In this document: piece after piece, positions 55,887 through 64,000 of the stretch
How the letters are laid out: each line of letters begins with the position of its first letter
Position numbering within the stretch: position 1 is the stretch's first letter
NCBI GenBank assembly: GCA_951406725.2
Contig: OX597818.1
Location: 117,552,001-117,616,000 of the forward strand
Origin: Octopus vulgaris
Lineage: Eukaryota
DNA: 64,000 bases
Direction: 5' to 3'
Position numbers and translations under genes: made by a program
The notes under the pieces: generated by a model
Told to the model about the DNA's origin: nothing
Seen by the model: only the letters and a program-made list of their open reading frames with translations
The model's database searches: none

Positions 55887-56831
55887 CATACAGCCAGAAG
55901 CAAAAAATATTTGTCAACTGAACGGCAGGCCTGGTTAGACTATACACTGACGAGGTCTTATAAACTGAAACATGCCCATAGTTGTCTCTTGTCTAGAAAG
56001 ATCAAGCATTCAATTATGCATGCAAATTCAGGTCAGGAAATCATCCCCTAATGTCTTGTTAGTCTTTGCCTTTTCCAAAAGGGATATAATCAATTACTGT
56101 TTGGTAATATCTTTGTAATTATAATGGAAATTCCTTTAGATTAACTCTGAAAATTTCCTAACTAATCTGCCGGTTTGCCGCCTTAATATTTATAATAATA
56201 GTTATAATGAAACGATACAACAATGAGTGGAATTGTTGGCGTATCTCATGCAGAAAGGTTTCAAAATACAAATCATAACTAATTTAAAATTTGCGAATGG
56301 ACTCAGTAAGAAATGCAGAATTAATTAAATATATCAAAGTTTTTGCAACAACATCTCTCAGTGAATATAACAGGAGAAAAATGCTGAAAATGAGATATAG
56401 CGCACGTTGCAGATATGTATGTATTACTTTTAATCCAGGACATCTTATAGTGTTTGAATGTATAAATAAGATGTAATTAGTTTGCTGGGGGAAATAAGGT
56501 TTGCTTGTATGGGTACCACATGCATGTATGAGCAATATAGAAATAAGCAACACAAAACGAACGTTACTAAAAAGAAAGAACCGAACGAACTCTATATTTG
56601 TGTACGTTGATGCAGCAAATTTATGTCTTATTATAAGGATGTAAGCTTCTAAAGTGTGAGATGCAGGGAAAAAAATAATGGATTTAGTCTCAATACATAA
56701 ATGGGTATGATAAGCAATTCATTCATCTAAAAATATATTTACCACTGAATGTGTTATATGAAGGTTGTATGCGAATAAAATAGAGCATCATAAGGGAATC
56801 GCAAACACATCAAGTATATCGTATAGATTGC

Positions 56832-56867
<36 letters not shown>

Positions 56868-56964
56868 TACATACACATATAAACACTCACACACGCACAC
56901 ACTCTCATATATATACATATATACATATATGTCAGTGCCTATGACTTTAAGAACAGCGAAAGAC

Positions 56965-57027
<63 letters not shown>

Positions 57028-57207
57028 AGGATGGAGATGATGCAGAAGATGGCTTTTTACAGAAGGTAAGAAACTTGAATGAAAGGCCTGAAATTAATGG
57101 ATTATCTATAAATTTCATCTCCTCTTTCCTCCTCTCACTGTTTCTCTGCCTCTCTCCTCTCTGCTTCTCCCTGTCTCTGTCTCTCCCCTTGACACGAAGA
57201 GGAAGTT

Positions 57208-57264
<57 letters not shown>

Positions 57265-57356
57265 GTATATGTATACGTATATGCATACTTACATATATAT
57301 GTATATATATACACATATACATATCTATATAAATATAAATATGTACACACACACAT

Positions 57357-57391
<35 letters not shown>

Positions 57392-57491
57392 CCCACACTC
57401 GTACATATATCTCGATGAATAGATTGAGCAGCAGATACATATGCACTTATATACATACATACATACATACATACATACATACATACATACA

Positions 57492-57525
<34 letters not shown>

Positions 57526-58559
57526 GATACATACATACATACATACGTACGAATATATATGATCATACAATCACATACACTTAGGTGTACATAATTAAAC
57601 CGATAGATATATAAAAATGACATAGTTTATATACATTGACAGATACATGGTTTAAATGATTAAGTGAGTGATAGATAGATTATATGAATCAAAAATAGTT
57701 ATATAACCGAACAGGTATGAAACGAGGTAGATAAATAGACGAAGATAGATTTGGAGAGAGAGAGAGAAAGAAAGAGAGAGAAGGCAGAGCGAGATGGAAG
57801 AGACAGAGGTGGAAGAGGAATGAGAAAAGATAGGTTGATTGAAACAGTCGGTTGGCTAAATTCGGTGGGCGGAATGTTAGTTCGTTTCACGGTAATATAT
57901 CCGTAGAATTGAATTACTTATATCTATAAAGTATGACATTATTACATTAGGTATAGAAATATTAAAATGAAATATGAGATTGAGAATGAATGCCTACCCC
58001 CACTGAAATATGCATTCACATGCTATAAATATGTTTTGCATGTACACCACCCACGTGACCGTTTACATGTATAGATATGTGTGTGTATGCGTGTGCGTGT
58101 TTATATGCACATTTACATGTACATGCGTGCAACTAAAATGTATTATGTACACGCATATATATGCATGTTTGTGTGTATATTGAAAATGCATGTGCTTACG
58201 CATACATTGAGAACAGCAAGGTTTTAAAACATGTGAACACTGAGTATATTCCAGGTAATTTCATGTTATTGAATACATTCTTTTCCAGATTTTTTGGGAG
58301 AGTAAAGTATCATAATCTATCACCATCGTTCCTTTACATATGTTGCTACAGCATTAAAGTAAGCAGGATCAATGTAATCGGTTTATTAGTACCGTCGAAG
58401 TTTTCATTTTGATCTTGTTATTTATCAACAGTCCACATCATTTCCTTTAGTTGTGAATGCTATCAGTGTTTCTTTTAACATTTGCTTATGTTATAGGCAT
58501 TTCCCCCATAACTAATATTTTTAATATTCTAATACTTCATCGCATAGTTATCATAACCA

Positions 58560-59040
58560 CCAGTATCGGAGGTCTCACAGAGTCTCTTTCCGCAAATTAT
58601 GAGATTTGGCACTTGAATGTTTAGTATAGTGGATGATATTCAACACCAAATCGTTAATTTCAAAATCCTAGCTGACCCCTATAGAACAATTTGGAGCATA
58701 CTCTGCCTTCGTGTCAATTCCAGTTTGTCCGACATATTGATGGTTAGTGCTCCTACAACTACTGGAATAAAGGCATTCTCCCCGTTGCCCACACTCGTCA
58801 TTTAATAATTTATATTTCCTCATCTTTTCTAGCTCTTTGTTACCTACGCGTGCACCTCAGGTATGGCAATAATGTTACCTACGCGTGCGACCATTTAAGA
58901 CCTTTTTCAGTAATTTATTTTGTTATAACTTTATTATTAGCTTTGTGCGGTTGCTCTGGTATCATCTTGTTTTGAAACAACCCCGTTACAGGTGTGTGTA
59001 CGTTGATATGCATTTTGAGTTGCTGGGATAAACTAAGATT
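58560..59040 (-). mobile_element. Old R4/Dong-clade LINE remnant (RLE endonuclease region)
   Basis: Minus translation: TQNAYQRTH (cf. AQxEYKRRH), IAIP, ARVGNKELEKMRKYKLL (cf. PxD..KExEKxxKYxxL), IPVVVGAL (58745-58768), LQIVL*GSARIL. Confidence 0.75.
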
Positions 59041-59699
59041 TTGAAAAATTTCAAACAGTTTTATTATGTCATAACAAGATGTAATAATAATAGTCGACGG
59101 CGGAGAACGCTCGAAGATTTTTTAATTTACAAAAAAAAAAAAAATCTATGATGAGATCAGAGCAACATAACATGGCCTAAATGCCAAGTCGGTGAAAGCT
59201 GAAACAAATTTAACGACATAACAAAGTAACAGAATTTTGATTAGCAGCAGTGAAAACTGCAAAACATGTAACCAAACCTGCAGCAGCAACAACGACAGCA
59301 ACAACAGCAACAAGAGCAGCAGCAACAACAGCAACAACAAAAACATGAAGAAGAATGAGAACAAGAACGAAGAAGAAAACTACAGCAACAACGAAATCAT
59401 CAACAACAAAATCTAACCCAACAGTAAAGAAAAGAAAAAAGAAAATGTTCAAAAAACAACACCAACAGCGATGGTAACAACGTAAATGTATACGTCAAAC
59501 TGTGTTGTTCTCGAGGGCAGCTAACCAGTGGGTTATGCATTCACTGCAATATTTGAAAGATAACGCCCTTCAGTATAAACAATATATTGTCAAATCAATG
59601 AGAGGACAAATTCCGGAAGACAAACAATTCACTGGAAGTGTATCTGTCGATAATACAGATGACTGAAATATCCTATTCCAGCTGAAATAGAAACTGCCT

Positions 59700-60200
59700 G
59701 GAAGATATATGGCTCTAACTTCAGTTCCACGTATATTAAAAAAAGAAGAAAGTCTATACAGGATGGTAGATGCCAACTGTATCAGGAAGCAGGAAGCTTG
59801 AAGAAAGGCTATGATAACCAGCACCTTCCAGACTTTTATGAATCTTCTTTAAACGGATCGGAAATTAATTCGAACGCGATTTAGGAAAGATCTGGCTTAT
59901 ACAAATCCAGCAAGAGTATAAACAATCTTGCAGGAACATTGGAGAAATCCATCATGCCCATCCCAGCAGAATTGGGTTTCTCGTGGAATTCCTGATAGTG
60001 GTTGCTCCAAAGAAAGTCACTCGCATTCCTCTTTTTATTCTGATTCAGAGAAAGCAAGCCAAGTCTGTGGAAACAGAGGACAAAAAAGATAATTGCTTTC
60101 TGCATGGAAATTCAGATCACCTCCAAGTGTGCGATCTAACCCGGGAGAAAGTACGACGCCTTCCAATGTTATTACCAACTCCAATGACAGAAGACCTCAT
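59700..60200 (+). mobile_element. Possible heavily decayed R4/Dong pre-RT region
   Basis: Fragments AGSLKKGY, TDRK, FERDLGK resemble AxRLRRY..FxTDxKxFYRELGK. Many stops and frameshifts. Confidence 0.3.
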
Positions 60201-60222
60201 TCATACAGTTTCCCTCTCTCTC

Positions 60223-60611
60223 GTTACTCTTTTACTTGTTTCAGTCAGCTGACTGCGGCCATGCTGGAGCACCGCCTTTAGTCGAGCAAATCGACCGTAG
60301 GACTGATTCTTTGTAAGCCTAGTACTTATTCTATCGGTCTCTTTTGCCGAACCGCTAAGTTACGTTGACGTAAACACACCAGCATCGGTTGTCAAGCGAT
60401 GTTGGGGGGACAAACACAGACACACAAACATCTATATACATATATACGACGGGCTTCTTTCAGTTTCTGTCTACCAAATCCACTCACAAGGCTGTGGTCG
60501 GCCCAAGGTTATAGTAGAAAACATTTGCCCAAGGTGCCACGCAGTGGGACTGAACCCGGAACCATGTGGTTGGTAAGCAAGCTACTTGCCACTTAGCTAC
60601 TCCTGTGCCTA
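60223..60611 (-). mobile_element. SINE family A, full length
   Basis: Colinear with the 21116 and 55469 copies. Confidence 0.9.
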
Positions 60612-61868
60612 TTACAGAAAATACTAAATAAGTGACACTCGCCTCTTTATCAACTCAGAAATCACGACATCAAAAATGACTGGTAAAATCACTCCAGAAG
60701 GCACTTGTTCAGGCTAAGAGGTGAAATCAGGTACAAACAATATGAGGTCACCATAAAGATGAAGAGGAGAACACGACAGAAAGATAGAAAAATTTTTCAT
60801 AAAATCACACACCAAAATCATCATCACCAACGTGAACATCTTCATCACAAAGACGAAACCAACGCTTAAAAGCACATTCACAACATTAACTTCACAAATA
60901 ATCACCATAACAAAACAAAACAAGCACTCGAAGAACAACATGACCACCACTCACAATCCGGTACGTATTCCCTCCTTCAACTTCACCGATGAGCAAAAGA
61001 GCAGCATCGATATGATTTCACATATTAGCAGAAATAAATATTTTCTGACGAGTGGGAGACACAATCGGTGCTTGTGCATACATATACGTTTATCTAGTTG
61101 TATATTATACAGAAACTTTTTGCAGTGCAAATATGATTGAGGCATATTCGAAATCGTCAGAAAGCCTTTAATTGTATTCAGAGAGAACATTTCACACTTT
61201 TCACGTATAGGTGTAAACACACAGAGTTATACTGCTGCCCACCCCAGCCTGAGTGTTAAATGCATGTATTTTGGAGCGCTTATCTCCTCATCAGCAGCAG
61301 AGACCGGACAGGCTGACGTTACGAACAAACATCAGAGTCAGGGCTCTCCTACGATTTTCCCGTCATCGTTCAATGTCTTGTTGCACTACCCAGGCGGCCT
61401 GCCGTCAGGAGGATACTGGGTGACAGGGTTAGGCAGTGTCGTGCATAAAAATAAACTTGTTGCCAGTTCCACTATACTTGACGCTATTCGAACTGGTAAG
61501 AAAACCATTCACTATATCAGGTCAAAGAGGAAATTTCTTGTTATCGACGGAGAAACTTATAGAGAAAGAGAAAAAGGAGAGATAAAGATAATGTAACAAA
61601 TAAGAAAGAATAGAAAGCGAGATATAGGCGAGATGAGGAGAGAGAGAGAGAGAGAGGGAGAGAGAGAGAGAGAGAGAGAGGGAGAGAAAGCGAGAGAGAG
61701 AGGTTTACGAGAGAGGTTTACGAGAGAGGAAGGAAATGATAAATTATTGAGTTAATCGTTAAATCTAGGAAATCCCTTTGAGCGTAATGCAAAAAATATT
61801 AATACAGAAACATACATACAAAGAAGTTCACCTTCACAACAAATATGCTAACGAACGTGTTTTAACGG

Positions 61869-61909
<41 letters not shown>

Positions 61910-62017
61910 ATCTATCTATCTATTTATCGATCGATCGATCTGTATATCTATCTATCTATCAATCTATCTATCCGTTTATTTATCTAACCGTTTATGTATC
62001 TATCCGTTTATCTGTCT

Positions 62018-62064
<47 letters not shown>

Positions 62065-62272
62065 CCTATCCATTTATATATCTAGCTATCTATATATCTA
62101 TGAATCTATCTATTTATCCGTTTATCTTTCTCTCTATCTATCTATCTATATATCTATCCGTTTATCTATCTATCTATCTATCTATCCGTATATCTATCTA
62201 TATATCTATCTATCGGTCTATCTATAGTTTATCTATCTATGTATCTATCTATATACATATCTACCTACCTAC

Positions 62273-62326
<54 letters not shown>

Positions 62327-62448
62327 GTCTATCTATCTATCTATCTATCTATCTATCCGTATATCTATGTATATATCTATGTATATATCTATCTATCCGT
62401 TTATCTATCTATCTATCGGTCTATCTATCTATCTATCAATCTATCTAT
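61869..62448. repeat. Long imperfect (TCTA)n microsatellite
   Basis: Direct reading. Recurrent TATCCGTTTA variant units. Confidence 0.95.
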
Positions 62449-63119
62449 CCCTTAAAGAATTTAATCGAATAACTCGATCACGGCATTATCGATTCTAAGA
62501 CTGATACTTATTCTATCACTCTCATTTTCTGGCGTACCACTAAGTTACGGGAACGTGAATAAAGCAATACCGTTTCTCAAGCGACAACAGGAGTCAAAAA
62601 CACATCACAGACACACATAAACCTAACTTCTATCATGATACATGGGCGACATCTTGCAAATTGTTCAGCTGAAGTGTGTGTGAGTGTTCGTATTCTGCTC
62701 TTTGACTTATACACATACGTGTGAAGAACGTTGTCCAAATATCAACTAACGTCTCAAATGAAGATATTTTAATTGGTTACTTCTAATGAGTGGATTTGTA
62801 GGCATGCTTTTACACATAAGTGAAATCTCTGTCCCTCCCCCTCTTACTCTCTCACACACACACAACTGAGAATGTGTGTATGTATATGCGTTGCATCCCT
62901 CAGTGTGTGTCTATGTATATGATATCTTCATATGTATATAGATATCTTCATACGAATATGCTTATGTTTCACTTTACTAAATCATTTATTTTATACACAA
63001 TCTAGCATAGAGGAAAACAGCACGTGCTAAAATGTATAAAATTTGCGTATCTCCACTTATCTTTTTATCGTATCTTCAACATATTTGTGATAGTAATACA
63101 CACGCATACAAAAGTATAC

Positions 63120-63120
63120 A

Positions 63121-63188
<68 letters not shown>

Positions 63189-63329
63189 TACACACACATA
63201 TATATATATACATACACATATACATACATATATATATGTATGTATATATTCATGTATATATATATACATATATATATACAAACATACATATATATATATA
63301 TACATACATATACATACATATATATATAT

Positions 63330-63400
<71 letters not shown>
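63120..63400. repeat. (TA)n/(CATA)n compound microsatellite, representative of dozens across the window
   Basis: Direct reading. Similar tracts lie at e.g. 210-320, 12600-12905, 13233-13369, 17050-17295, 28313-28450, 30285-30540, 52740-52985 and 57210-57545. Confidence 0.95.
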
Positions 63401-63401
<1 letters not shown>

Positions 63402-63947
63402 TCATACATACGTGGTTTTGTATACTTATGGATATGTATGCATCTCATATTATCTTATTTGAACAATAAGCGACATAAGATACGGAATATATCTCTTCCC
63501 TTGCGTTGCAGATATATATTTTCACATGATTTTTTTCCCCTTCTTTGTTATGTATGTATCTATTAAATAACTTATTGATAAAAAAAAATAATAATAAATT
63601 CTTTGTAGTTTATGTGTTTTCTCTTCTTGACTTCCTTTATCGTGCAACCAGGTAGGTAAGTGGAAAATCTTACTGTTACAACGAATCAAGTAGTATTGGA
63701 TTTTGTAGATAGATAAGATAGAGTAAAACAGACGGAGGGAGGGGGAGAGAGATAGACCCACCGTGCGCAGATGAGCGATAGAGAAAGGAAAGAATACAGA
63801 TTTAAGAAAGAAAACTGTACATGTAGGTTAAAAAGAAAAATAACACAGACTAACTTATATGCTCAACAGGCACAAACACTCATTTATACATAGTACATTC
63901 ACATACATGCATACATATTCATTCATGTACGTATGAATCTAAGTATG

Positions 63948-64000
<53 letters not shown>

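Noticed and set aside
61264-61596. 110-aa ORF as a protein-coding gene
   Set aside because: No recognisable domain or upstream acceptor/promoter evidence. Kept only as a low-interest finding.

Overview
AT-rich, microsatellite-saturated animal genomic DNA. The repeat families and (TA)n/(AAT)n/(TAGA)n load point to an octopus (coleoid cephalopod); this is an inference from pattern recognition, not a database match. I found no convincing host protein-coding exon, and almost all supplied ORFs are microsatellite or repeat artefacts, so the window is probably intronic or intergenic. It holds more than 20 copies of four tRNA-headed SINE families with modular heads and tails. It also holds two CR1-group LINE 3' ends (one shares its tail with the main SINE), R4/Dong LINE remnants (one inside (AAT)n), three non-autonomous Helitrons, a MITE and a fossil pogo/Tigger transposase. 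The most interesting signal is about a dozen minimal type-I hammerhead ribozyme motifs in short Penelope-like or retrozyme-like repeats. Two long palindromes carry a U3:A8 variant catalytic core, and one element joins a tRNA head, (AAT)n and a hammerhead. A covarying multi-hairpin RNA-like motif also recurs at the ends of related elements. Coordinates were counted by hand, and element boundaries are approximate.
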